A stretch of 64,000 nt of DNA from an uncultured Bacillales bacterium (GCA_947648915.1 CANSPQ010000002.1:50-64049), one strand, 5' to 3'. Positions 1-8,446 are shown, counted from the stretch's first letter. The notes: generated by a model from the sequence alone, not told the origin. Numbers and translations are program-made.

Positions 1-190
1 GGAATCCGATTAAGATTCCTAATACTTAAATTATCATGGTTAGATGGATTTTACACAGAATTTTTTACACTCTCATTTTCTTTGATCTAAAAAGGAATTG
101 TACTTTTCTGTCAATTACAATTCCAACTGTTCAAACTTTAAAAACGTTTTGCGAAACGTTTTTTTGTACCGAAAACAATCTCTTTCCCTC

Positions 191-1075
191 TCATTTTCTT
201 CTTTTAATAACATCATCTTGTTTTAAATCGCCAATCAATAAACTACTATTGGAATTATGTTGACTAAAATTAGACATAACTAGGTTTTCATCATAGTTAG
301 CGTAACAATACTTACAAAAATGTTTACATGAATTATAAACACCAATATCGACCATTTCTACACATCCGCATTTTCTGGCATTCCATTTTTTATACGTTTT
401 ACCAGTGAGTTGATAAGCACAGGTTTTAGACAAGCACTCCCCTTTTACAAATCCATATTGTGTTAAATTATTTTTCTCAAAACAAGTTTGTACTGTCATT
501 CCATTTTTCTGAGCACTTTCACTAAAAGAAATTCCGATTTCCTTATAATCTTCTGTTGTAAACCCCCTTGCTTTTAAAATAGACCCGTTTTTTCTTACAT
601 TTTGATAATCATCGATGAAAGAGACAATAATGTTTTTCACAAATCCATTTAATAAAGAACACATATGACCAAATGCTTTTTTATGATAAGAAATGTCATA
701 TTGTTCACTTAGAAAAATAGGATCGTAACGGATGAATAAATGATCAATCCCAACCATAGTAGATAACTGTTTGATTGCTTCTATGATTTTTCCCTTTGGA
801 GGAACATTGGGTTCAATTTCCTTTAAATAAGGTGTTAATGTTACATGAAAAAGAATTGGTTTATCAATTGATTTTAAATGGTTTAATATTGGAATGGGAT
901 TTTTCGTACAAAACAGAATCGCATCGACATCCTCAAAATAAATCCGGCTAATTTGTTTCGGATAAAAGGGATTCCTAACGTCTACAAATCCTTCTTGATA
1001 TCGTTTCAGAAACCACTCAGAATAAAAAGCCACAATATCTGTTCTACCACTTACATTTAAAATCATATAACACAC
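191..1075 (-). CDS. DUF1848 family protein (GTG start)
   Basis: Full-length resemblance to DUF1848 proteins. The C-terminal Cys cluster CGCVE...CKHFCKYCYANYD is typical of the family. 294 aa. Confidence 0.55.
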   Translation of the reverse strand: MCYMILNVSGRTDIVAFYSEWFLKRYQEGFVDVRNPFYPKQISRIYFEDVDAILFCTKNPIPILNHLKSIDKPILFHVTLTPYLKEIEPNVPPKGKIIEAIKQLSTMVGIDHLFIRYDPIFLSEQYDISYHKKAFGHMCSLLNGFVKNIIVSFIDDYQNVRKNGSILKARGFTTEDYKEIGISFSESAQKNGMTVQTCFEKNNLTQYGFVKGECLSKTCAYQLTGKTYKKWNARKCGCVEMVDIGVYNSCKHFCKYCYANYDENLVMSNFSQHNSNSSLLIGDLKQDDVIKRRK

Positions 1076-1115
1076 TCCCTACTATATTAGAAAAACAGAT
1101 TTGGTCAAATCTGTT

Positions 1116-1421
1116 TTATTTTTTCTTTGGTTTTAACTCCTTACAAGTATCTACAATCATATTTCTTAATCGCTCAGAATCTTCTAAATCTTCTACCCAA
1201 TACATCAATTTCGCACCTTTATAAGGAAGTGCCTCTTTCAAATTGTATTTTTGATTGCTGGTTGTCTCTTTGATTAAAAATCGTTCTTCTTCATAAATTC
1301 CACCAAAATAAATATTCTGGTAATAAAATAGATAACCACCCATCATAGGACGATATGTGATAGAATCTAAACATTCTAATTTTTCTAATATATAATCTTT
1401 GTATTCTTTTGCAGTTGCCAT
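1116..1421 (-). CDS. TfoX/Sxy N-terminal domain protein
   Basis: ~100 aa with MGGYLFYY...GG core typical of the TfoX_N domain. RBS AAAAGGAG before the ATG. Confidence 0.5.
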   Translation of the reverse strand: MATAKEYKDYILEKLECLDSITYRPMMGGYLFYYQNIYFGGIYEEERFLIKETTSNQKYNLKEALPYKGAKLMYWVEDLEDSERLRNMIVDTCKELKPKKK

Positions 1422-1470
1422 AGATAACTCCTTTTATTTTGCAGTTGCCATAGATAACTCCTTTTATTTT
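1411..1470. repeat. perfect 2 x 30-bp tandem duplication spanning RBS and start codon of the TfoX_N gene
   Basis: gcagttgccatagataactccttttatttt occurs at 1411-1440 and again at 1441-1470. The second copy creates an upstream mini-ORF MATAK-stop. Confidence 0.9.
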
Positions 1471-2066
1471 GCAGAGAAAATACTATTAATAGACGGAAAT
1501 CTTCTTAAAACATCATCAATATTAGTTTCTATTTGATTCATCATCGTTTCATTATAATTTGATTTTCTTGAAAAAGAAATTTCATAAGGTCTAAAGATAA
1601 TAACAAATTCATTTTGATGTTCTGTTCCTACCTCTTCCCGATCTCTTTTAAAATTCAAATGCATCTTGATTTCTAAACTACTAATGTCTTTTAATCCTTT
1701 TTCTTGGATGGCATCTTCAAATTCCTGAAAATTTTCACAAACAATATTACTATACTGTTTTCCTCTAATTGCAATTTCAAAAAGAGATGCTCCTTTTTTA
1801 AAACTGTAATTATATTCACCATGTTGTTCTTTGTTTTTTTCTACTTCATCTGTAAGTGCAGTAAATTTTTGATATTCATCCGCACAATATTGTACTAAAT
1901 AAGTAATACATTCTCCCGTTGGGATAATTGTTGAATAATTGTGTTGATTTTGAATTCCAAATGGTGTATTTTCATCGATATAATTGTTCATAGTCCACTC
2001 CCTCTTTTCATTATTCAACCACTTCTTATTCCTTTTTACGAATTGATATTGATACATCAAACTCAT
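1464..2066 (-). CDS. hypothetical protein
   Basis: 200-aa ORF with no recognisable motifs. Same strand as the neighbouring genes. Confidence 0.35.
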   Translation of the reverse strand: MSLMYQYQFVKRNKKWLNNEKREWTMNNYIDENTPFGIQNQHNYSTIIPTGECITYLVQYCADEYQKFTALTDEVEKNKEQHGEYNYSFKKGASLFEIAIRGKQYSNIVCENFQEFEDAIQEKGLKDISSLEIKMHLNFKRDREEVGTEHQNEFVIIFRPYEISFSRKSNYNETMMNQIETNIDDVLRRFPSINSIFSAK

Positions 2067-2142
2067 AAATATATCATATCAAATAAAAAAGAAAGCTTCA
2101 ATATCTTTCTCTAAAATTATCATAATTTCTTGAAGTTTATTC

Positions 2143-3411
2143 TTATCTTATCTTTCCTTTTTCTTCTGATAATATCATTCCCAACAACTCTGATTCTGTC
2201 ACTTGGATTACCTTTCCACAACATGGTTTGAAATTTGGATTTCCATAAACAATCCAAATTACATTTTCATTTTTTAAATCTTCTTTGGGCATATTTCCTG
2301 GACCAGGGATTCCATCGGTAAATATAATTTTATTGATTTCTTTTTTTCTTGTGAAAGAACGAACGGCTAAATCCCAGTCTTCTGTCCATGCATACTTATG
2401 TGATTCTTCTGGAATCACAAAATGATCAATATCATCATTTGACTTTATTTCTACCATTTTATAATATTTTTCATTAAAACACCCTACTTTTAATTTGGAA
2501 TGATGTAATATCGGTTTGATTATCCTTAAAAAAGATTTTACTAAATTTAAACTAACTGACCCAGAAACATCAATTAAAACCTCTGTTTCCGCTTCTTCTT
2601 CTAACTCGTCTTCTTCTAATCTATATGCATAATTATTCTCAGCAATGGAACGTCGATTACTCCAAATAATCTCGTCTTTATTGACTTCTCTTCTTAAAAG
2701 AAGTAGCCAATCAATCGCATTATTTTCTTCCCCTATTGTGCCTAATTCATTTTGAATCTTATTTTTTTTCCATTCCTTTAATACTTGTTCTTTTTTCTGC
2801 TTCAAATCTTTTTTGGCTTTTGCAATGCGTTCCTCTCTATTTTCTCTAAATTCTTGTTTTTCATCAATTTTTGTATCTGGCTTTTGAACCTGATCTTCAC
2901 CTGTTTCCATTTTTTCAAAAGCTTCTTTCCAAAGACTATGGTCATCCCTCCAAGTGGATTTTGTATAATCCCCATCCTCATTTAACAATTTTTCATATAA
3001 TTGTTCTGCTGTATAGGATAACGCATCTGGATAAGTAAAATAATCTTCTTCTATCTGAAATCCATCTCTTACCAAATTGGCATTGATGATTGCATCGGTA
3101 GCTTCATTCCATACGTCTAAATCTTTCTTTTTGCCATCCTTTTTTAAACGGTACATATGAAGAAATTGCATATGCATAAGCTCATGCGCCAAGAGAAATA
3201 AACGTCCCTCAAGTTCTAAGCTTACAAAATAATCAGGGTCAATCAAAATCTTTTTTCCATCTGTTGCCCCTGTATGATACTTTAAGTGACGATGATATTC
3301 AATTGGTGTAGCTGCAAGTAAACTTGCAAAACGAGGATAGCGAATCATTAGAATATTTTTTGCTTCATTCATTAAATCCATAGACAACTCTCCTAAAATG
3401 CTACAACACAC
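2143..3411 (-). CDS. VWA-like domain protein with N-terminal putative metallopeptidase domain (DUF2201_N/DUF2201 type), partner of AAA_5 ATPase
   Basis: HExxH motif (LAHELMHMQF) in the N-terminal half. The C-terminal half is VWA-like (LIDVSGS). Last gene of the three-gene operon with the ATPase. Confidence 0.6.
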   Translation of the reverse strand: MCCSILGELSMDLMNEAKNILMIRYPRFASLLAATPIEYHRHLKYHTGATDGKKILIDPDYFVSLELEGRLFLLAHELMHMQFLHMYRLKKDGKKKDLDVWNEATDAIINANLVRDGFQIEEDYFTYPDALSYTAEQLYEKLLNEDGDYTKSTWRDDHSLWKEAFEKMETGEDQVQKPDTKIDEKQEFRENREERIAKAKKDLKQKKEQVLKEWKKNKIQNELGTIGEENNAIDWLLLLRREVNKDEIIWSNRRSIAENNYAYRLEEDELEEEAETEVLIDVSGSVSLNLVKSFLRIIKPILHHSKLKVGCFNEKYYKMVEIKSNDDIDHFVIPEESHKYAWTEDWDLAVRSFTRKKEINKIIFTDGIPGPGNMPKEDLKNENVIWIVYGNPNFKPCCGKVIQVTESELLGMILSEEKGKIR

Positions 3412-3773
3412 AATTGATAAAGATTGGGTGCAATATTTTTTAAAGATTCTTTTGATACTACTGTAAAAACAATAATGACATTGGAAGGAATTGAATACCC
3501 CATAAATTCTCTATCTTTGATGAGTCCAATATATTTTTCTTGTTGCGCCATAGTTAATGTATCTATTCTGCGAATGACAAAATACGTTGTTTTTCCATTG
3601 CTAGAAAGTTGTTCCAATTTGGATTTGAAAATGGGATTTCCATAACGAAACAAATAGGTATCTTCTATACTAGCATCCATATATGCAGTTTGTCCTAAGT
3701 TTTGATACATACAATCCAGTATAATAGCACCAGTCGCACTCCCTCGTTGTAACTCTACTAATTCCTGATTCAT
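3393..3773 (-). CDS. hypothetical small protein (operon member between ATPase and VWA protein)
   Basis: 126-aa ORF. Translationally coupled: ATGA overlap with the upstream ATPase and an overlap with the downstream VWA gene. Confidence 0.4.
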   Translation of the reverse strand: MNQELVELQRGSATGAIILDCMYQNLGQTAYMDASIEDTYLFRYGNPIFKSKLEQLSSNGKTTYFVIRRIDTLTMAQQEKYIGLIKDREFMGYSIPSNVIIVFTVVSKESLKNIAPNLYQLCVVAF

Positions 3774-5530
3774 CTACTTTTTCCAACTCCCTCTATTTGT
3801 CCCTTTTTCAGTTCTAATTGTTGTAATTCACTCATTTTCAACATCCGCATCTCATCATTTCCAACCCATAGTAAATCATATAATTCACGATATTCAGGAT
3901 CACAATATTGCTGAACAAATTCTCTACAAGTACCAACTTGATGCTCATCAGCTAACAACAATGCCACCATAGAAGCATATCGCTCATTAGTGTTTCTTGG
4001 TAAATCTGCTTGGGTATAGGTTTTATTAACGACTTGTTCTATGGTAAGTGTTGGAATATTATAATAATTCAAAAATTCTCTTGCCCAAGATTCACGCAAT
4101 TTGGTTGCGATAGACATTTGTAGTAAATGTTCTACATCTTTGCCCACATATTTGCCTTCCACTAAATTTTTTTCAAAGGCACATAGTGTATGAGAAATGG
4201 ATGTCCACCCTCTTGGATCATTTGTTCTACCACGACAACCATTACGATCTTTATCCCTTTCCCCTACCTCTGGTTCTTCATAAAAGTATCCAATCGAGGA
4301 AATATCTTCTCTTCTTTGATTTTCCATATATTTTGAAACAATATATCCAATCACAGAAGGATGTAACTGATTCGGAATTGCATATTCATAAATCCATTCT
4401 GAAACACGTGGTTCCATATCTAATATATGATCAAATCTCTTTTCTAGTGGTTCTGCTAATTCCTCGGCAACACTAGAATATTTTTGCGGATTTCCAGTTG
4501 CCACAATCACTGTATTTTCTGGCAATTTTAATCCACTTCCCGTTTCTACAATCCGATTCAAAACGAGGGTATAGACAAGTGATTGTACCACTGGTTTTAC
4601 ATTCAAAAGTTCATCTAATAATATTACAATTTTTTCATTACTTGTCTTTGATCTTTCATATATGGTATCCGCAAGGTCATATAAGCTTTGAATATTACTT
4701 GCAACCATTTTCTTTTCTTCTTCCGTCGCACAATTTAAAATCGCTTGCTTGGCAAAATTAGGCGGAATATTTTGACCTGTTTGAAAGTTACTAGAACCAA
4801 CCACCTTCTCAGGAAGCATATTGTTGGTCAATTTGAGATAGATTAAATTTGGATATAATTTACGAATACGCTCTGTCTTTCCAATTCCAGATGGCCCTCT
4901 TAATAGTACGGATTCCCCTGCTTCAATCCAATTTTGAATCATTTCGGTATATGTCATTTTTCTTCTCTCAGATGCGATTGTGGTATCTGGATTGAGATTT
5001 TGAAGTCTTGTTTTACGAATACTGGTATCGGTATCAGGTATCAGGTAATCCACTTTATTTGTCTGTATTTCTTTTGCAAAACAGTTATCCATATATTTTT
5101 TGATATCTGTCTTTGCAAAATCTCCCTTATAATTTCTAATCTGATTGAATTGCACACCTGCAAACAAAATGGTTTTAGGAAGCACAATGTCATTCTTTTT
5201 ATCTACGAACCAACGAACTTTCTCTACTTTCACCCAATATGGTTTCCCGATTTTTATTTTTGCTCCTGTTGAAAGCACCTTTCCCGCCCCATTTTTATCA
5301 CCCAAAAAGCGAATATATCTTTCTTGCATATACTCGTACTCAATAAATTCACGTGCCTGAAAAGGCATGTCATAATCATCATAAGCAACAGAATCTGTTG
5401 TATATTTGTTTCCTGTTTCCTTCATACCAATTTGGTATGTATTTTCCAATTGTCTTGCAAAATTATCTTCCACTGCAGTTTGTGGAAATTCTCCAAAATC
5501 AACTTCAAGAAGTCCACTTGCCCCTCTCAC
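3770..5530 (-). CDS. AAA+ ATPase, AAA_5 (MoxR/McrB-like) family. In frame with the upstream DGR target ORF.
   Basis: Walker A LLRGPSGIGKT. Walker B/sensor ILLDELLNVKP (DEINRAP-like). ATGNPQ arginine-finger region. The assigned start is a GTG with no convincing RBS. Confidence 0.7.
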   Translation of the reverse strand: MRGASGLLEVDFGEFPQTAVEDNFARQLENTYQIGMKETGNKYTTDSVAYDDYDMPFQAREFIEYEYMQERYIRFLGDKNGAGKVLSTGAKIKIGKPYWVKVEKVRWFVDKKNDIVLPKTILFAGVQFNQIRNYKGDFAKTDIKKYMDNCFAKEIQTNKVDYLIPDTDTSIRKTRLQNLNPDTTIASERRKMTYTEMIQNWIEAGESVLLRGPSGIGKTERIRKLYPNLIYLKLTNNMLPEKVVGSSNFQTGQNIPPNFAKQAILNCATEEEKKMVASNIQSLYDLADTIYERSKTSNEKIVILLDELLNVKPVVQSLVYTLVLNRIVETGSGLKLPENTVIVATGNPQKYSSVAEELAEPLEKRFDHILDMEPRVSEWIYEYAIPNQLHPSVIGYIVSKYMENQRREDISSIGYFYEEPEVGERDKDRNGCRGRTNDPRGWTSISHTLCAFEKNLVEGKYVGKDVEHLLQMSIATKLRESWAREFLNYYNIPTLTIEQVVNKTYTQADLPRNTNERYASMVALLLADEHQVGTCREFVQQYCDPEYRELYDLLWVGNDEMRMLKMSELQQLELKKGQIEGVGKSR

Positions 5531-5571
5531 TTCGTTCGAGGAGATGGAAGAGATAGAAGAGTATGGTAAAG

Positions 5572-5645
5572 CTGGACGGGCTCCTACATCCCGTTTCCTA
5601 ACATCATCTTAGTCCTCATAACCGTCATCATTAACGACGCGCGCG
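5572..5645 (-). repeat. DGR variable repeat (VR)
   Basis: 74 bp, 65/74 identical to the TR at 7173-7246. All 9 mismatches are at TR adenines on the minus (RT) strand. The GC-rich 3' end GGAGCCCGTCCAG is identical in both copies (IMH-like). Confidence 0.85.
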
Positions 5646-5854
5646 TCATTATCTCCATCTGAAGTTTTTGTCCACCACCAACCAGTACGGTCTTTTAATG
5701 TACTTCCTTCACTTGTATATGTACTATCTGCTACATAACCACCTAATAAAATAGCAAAATCCGAAATTGCACATTTGGTTCCATACAATTTAAATATATC
5801 TAATTGTTTATCACCAAATATTTGTTCTGTTTCTAAAAAAGTAAAATCTAACAT
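5609..5854 (-). CDS. DGR target protein (81 aa) with C-terminal VR. Its stop codon lies inside the VR.
   Basis: RBS GGTGGTGA 5 nt before the ATG. The C-terminal codons AAT GAT GAC GGT TAT GAG GAC correspond to TR AAT AAA AAC GGT AAT AAG AAC. C-terminal signature GWWWTKT...ARVVN. Confidence 0.7.
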   Translation of the reverse strand: MLDFTFLETEQIFGDKQLDIFKLYGTKCAISDFAILLGGYVADSTYTSEGSTLKDRTGWWWTKTSDGDNDARVVNDDGYED

Positions 5855-5916
5855 AGTAAATCACCACCTATATCATAACATAATTTTGCTCATTGTAGAC
5901 ACCTTTTGTCATTTTT

Positions 5917-6972
5917 TTACAGTTTATTTATATCTTTCAACAAAATTGCCTGTCTAAGAAAACACTCGCTTGTATTTTTTATATGATTGTAAAAAGCATT
6001 TTTTCGAATCAATACATAAGTTTCATCGACAATTCCCTTTTGATATAATTTATTCATTGTTTTTAAATGTTTTTTCATTCTCTGTTTCGAAGAATATCGC
6101 AATTTCATAATCAATTTCCCACTAGGTGTAACAATATGTCGATATCCTAAAAAATCAATTCCATTTTTGACCATACCAATTTGTGTTTTTTGATTGAGTT
6201 CTAATTTTAACTCATTATGGCATATGCTTTCTATTTCATTCTTGCAATATTTTAAAAACTTTTTGTCCTCATGAATTAAAATCATATCATCCATATACCT
6301 TACATAATACTTTACTTGCAGCACCTCTTTGATGTATCGGTCTACTACATTTAAATAATAAAGGGCAAACCACTGACTCGATTGATTTCCAAGAGGCAAA
6401 CCCTTATTGGCAGCATTTGGTTGCTCCTGAATTAACTTTCGAATCATCCACATTTCATCTTCTGAAAAGTCAATCTTTTCAAGTAAGGTGATTAAAATTT
6501 GATGATCAATACTTGGAAAGTATTTATGAATATCACATTTCAAAAAATAAAATTGATTATTTCTTACTTTCCTATATGTCTCTCCTAAAAATTGATGTAG
6601 CCGATTAATTGCAAACGTAGTACCTTTTCCTTTTCGGCAAGCACAATTATCATAGATCAATTTCTTTTCTATTTTTGGTTTTAAACAAACATCGCAAAAG
6701 CAGCGAATCACCACTCTGTCTTTAAACGGCAAAGCTTCTATTAAACGCTCTTTTGGTTCATAAATATAAAATATTTTATAAGAACCCAATTGATATTTAC
6801 GCTTATAAATATCTTGCATTAACTCATGTATATAAACAGCCAAATTGGTCTCAAACCGAATCACTTCTCCTTTGTGTTGTTTGGATTTTCGGCAATTTTG
6901 ATATGCTTCATATAAGTTTTCAAATGTAAAAATTTCTTTTAAATTCATAAATACTCCCCAAAAAAGAAACAC
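5917..6972 (-). CDS. DGR reverse transcriptase
   Basis: RT motifs, including YxDD (YVRYMDDMIL). Motif 4 reads GLPLGNQSSQWFALYYLN, the DGR-specific [IL]GxxxSQ form rather than the group II/retron SP form. 351 aa, the usual DGR RT size. Confidence 0.85.
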   Translation of the reverse strand: MFLFWGVFMNLKEIFTFENLYEAYQNCRKSKQHKGEVIRFETNLAVYIHELMQDIYKRKYQLGSYKIFYIYEPKERLIEALPFKDRVVIRCFCDVCLKPKIEKKLIYDNCACRKGKGTTFAINRLHQFLGETYRKVRNNQFYFLKCDIHKYFPSIDHQILITLLEKIDFSEDEMWMIRKLIQEQPNAANKGLPLGNQSSQWFALYYLNVVDRYIKEVLQVKYYVRYMDDMILIHEDKKFLKYCKNEIESICHNELKLELNQKTQIGMVKNGIDFLGYRHIVTPSGKLIMKLRYSSKQRMKKHLKTMNKLYQKGIVDETYVLIRKNAFYNHIKNTSECFLRQAILLKDINKL

Positions 6973-7172
6973 CCCATATAACGCCCAAAGAATGAATTCA
7001 TTCGTTGTTTGTGTGAGTGTTTATATATTTTTTCCATCGCATCTAAGACTTCTCTTTTAGCAATTAGAAAAGAAGAAAATTCCTTCACCTTACAATACAG
7101 GTTTATTTTACCAAAAATAAACTTCTCTCATCTGTTTTCTAGATTTTTCTTAAAATCTCTTCAAAAGTGAAT

Positions 7173-7246
7173 CTGGACGGGCTCCTACATCCCGTTTTCT
7201 AACATTATTTTAGTTCTTATTACCGTTTTTATTAACGACGCGCGCG
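7173..7246 (-). repeat. DGR template repeat (TR)
   Basis: The adenine-rich copy on the RT strand: ...AAT AAA AAC GGT AAT AAG AAC TAA AAT AAT GTT AGA AAA CGG... Located between the avd-like ORF and the RT. Confidence 0.85.
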
Positions 7247-7325
7247 AAGAAAAACAACGGGGCCTAAAATAAAAACGCACAAATGTAAATTTTCTCCTTA
7301 ATTAAAGATTTTTCAATCTAAAATC

Positions 7326-7910
7326 CTAACCTTTCTTACGCCATCTTTCATCATCACTCTTTTTCCAAGCAGCGATTAAATTAATGGCTTCTGCTAATTG
7401 AATGGATATTTGTTTATACTGTTTTTTCAAAATACAATTACAACTCTCCGCAATCATCGCAACATATCCCAATAATTTTAGCTTTACAATAGTCGCTTTT
7501 TGAAATTGTACTCTTATCATCTTATTTTCTTGAGAGTCCATTCTCGTCAAATTAGCTTGCAACAACAATTCCAATGTATCCAAACAATAGTTCTGCATTC
7601 TATTTACAAATACACCTCTAAACTTTTTAGGAGATTTTTCTGTCACTGCGATTACGTAAGCACCCAACTTCTTTACAACCGTAATTACTATTAAATCATT
7701 TGCATTAAAGGGAATCTTAGAAATTCTTTCCAATTCCTGATCTTCTATTTCTAATTTTTCCCTTAAAGCATTTATATTTATTTTTTGTTCATTTACACTC
7801 GCAAGTGCTTTTTTGATTGCAACTGCATCATCTATACTATTTACACTTGTTTCATATTGTTCTACTTGCTTTGGTATTTTTAAACTACCATTTCTATTTA
7901 CCTGCAGCAC
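7326..7910 (-). CDS. Avd-like accessory variability determinant (four-helix-bundle protein), probably with an N-terminal extension or a later non-ATG start
   Basis: The C-terminal ~120 aa align loosely with the Bordetella phage bAvd pattern (Y..A...SPKKFRGVF..., LDTLELLLQAN). Basic, helical. Immediately upstream of the TR. Confidence 0.5.
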   Translation of the reverse strand: MLQVNRNGSLKIPKQVEQYETSVNSIDDAVAIKKALASVNEQKININALREKLEIEDQELERISKIPFNANDLIVITVVKKLGAYVIAVTEKSPKKFRGVFVNRMQNYCLDTLELLLQANLTRMDSQENKMIRVQFQKATIVKLKLLGYVAMIAESCNCILKKQYKQISIQLAEAINLIAAWKKSDDERWRKKG

Positions 7911-8023
7911 TACATCACAACTCCTAGTTGGTATTATAGCACAAGTTATTATTTTTTTAAAATACCTAGATTGTTATAATTTAAAGAATAAATTTTAACA
8001 AAATATACAAAAACAATATTTAT

Positions 8024-8048
8024 TAAAAAAAAATCACATTTCTGCGAC
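8024..8048 (-). terminator. intrinsic terminator hairpin (GTCGCAGAAATGTGAT + U9) of the TCGCAGAAATGCGA family
   Basis: Stem-loop with G-U wobbles only on the minus-strand RNA, followed by T9. Confidence 0.4.
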
Positions 8049-8113
8049 AATTTTGTTACAGATTTTTAAAATCTGTAAGGTTATTTTTTTCTTTGTAAAA
8101 TAAGGTAAAATCA

Positions 8114-8142
8114 TTTACTAATAGTCCAATAAATAGTATGAT
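8114..8142 (+). promoter_or_regulatory. sigma-A-like promoter for the small peptide A mRNA
   Basis: TTTACT-17 bp-TATGAT. Confidence 0.4.
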
Positions 8143-8217
8143 GAATATAGGAATACAAGACTTTGTTGGGTTTTTGCCGAACTTCCATTCAATTGGATAG
8201 AGGGGAGGCTTGAGATT

Positions 8218-8310
8218 ATGAAAAAAAGAGTTTTTATTTTGAAAATTCTAAATAACATTATTCTCATTTTGTTCCTTCTACTTTTATTAGTAGCCGAGAT
8301 AAAGAAATAA
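8218..8310 (+). CDS. 30-aa hydrophobic peptide (type I toxin-like) MKKRVFILKILNNIILILFLLLLLVAEIKK
   Basis: Strong RBS GAGGGGAGG 7 nt upstream. Single TM-like core with a charged C-tail. A paralogous module lies at 22653. Confidence 0.45.
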   Translation: MKKRVFILKILNNIILILFLLLLLVAEIKK

Positions 8311-8411
8311 CACCCTAATTCAGTGAATTAAGGTGCAAACCAATTTGGTAAGCACTCAACTTTGCAAGAAGTCAAGTGTTCCATTTTTATTGTATGGAAT
8401 TTCTTCCATCT
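8300..8411 (-). ncRNA. putative cis-antisense sRNA (type I antitoxin-like), module A
   Basis: Transcribed from TTTACA-17-TATAAT. Begins with the hairpin ATGGAAGAAATTCCAT. Ends at the hairpin 8311-8335 plus UUAUUUCUUUAU, which overlaps the last codons of the peptide ORF. Confidence 0.45.
8311..8335 (-). terminator. 12-bp hairpin (CACCTTAATTCA/TGAATTAGGGTG) plus U-run. Terminator of the antisense sRNA overlapping the peptide ORF stop.
   Basis: Seen in sequence. The U-run is present on the minus strand only. Confidence 0.5.
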
Positions 8412-8417
8412 ACATAC

Positions 8418-8446
8418 ATTATAATATATTATTTTGACTTTGTAAA
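8418..8446 (-). promoter_or_regulatory. near-consensus sigma-A promoter (TTTACA-17-TATAAT) on the minus strand
   Basis: Plus-strand tgtaaa at 8441-8446 and attata at 8418-8423. A conserved paralog lies at 22835-22863. Confidence 0.5.

Noticed and set aside
5530-5612. Independent expression of the ATPase from the GTG at 5530
   Set aside because: The GTG is not excluded, but no Shine-Dalgarno precedes it, and the frame is continuous with the upstream target ORF apart from the VR-embedded TAA. The fusion/readthrough model is favoured.
5917-6972. RT as a group II intron or retron reverse transcriptase
   Set aside because: No intron RNA domains (no domain V) flank it, and there is no maturase/X or endonuclease domain. 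Motif 4 has the DGR-type SQ instead of SP/VTG signatures. An A-specific TR/VR pair flanks it.
8380-8430. Conserved palindrome ATGGAA..TTCCAT as a plus-strand operator or promoter element
   Set aside because: It is better explained as the 5' hairpin of a minus-strand sRNA immediately downstream of a near-consensus -10/-35 pair. No plus-strand gene follows it.
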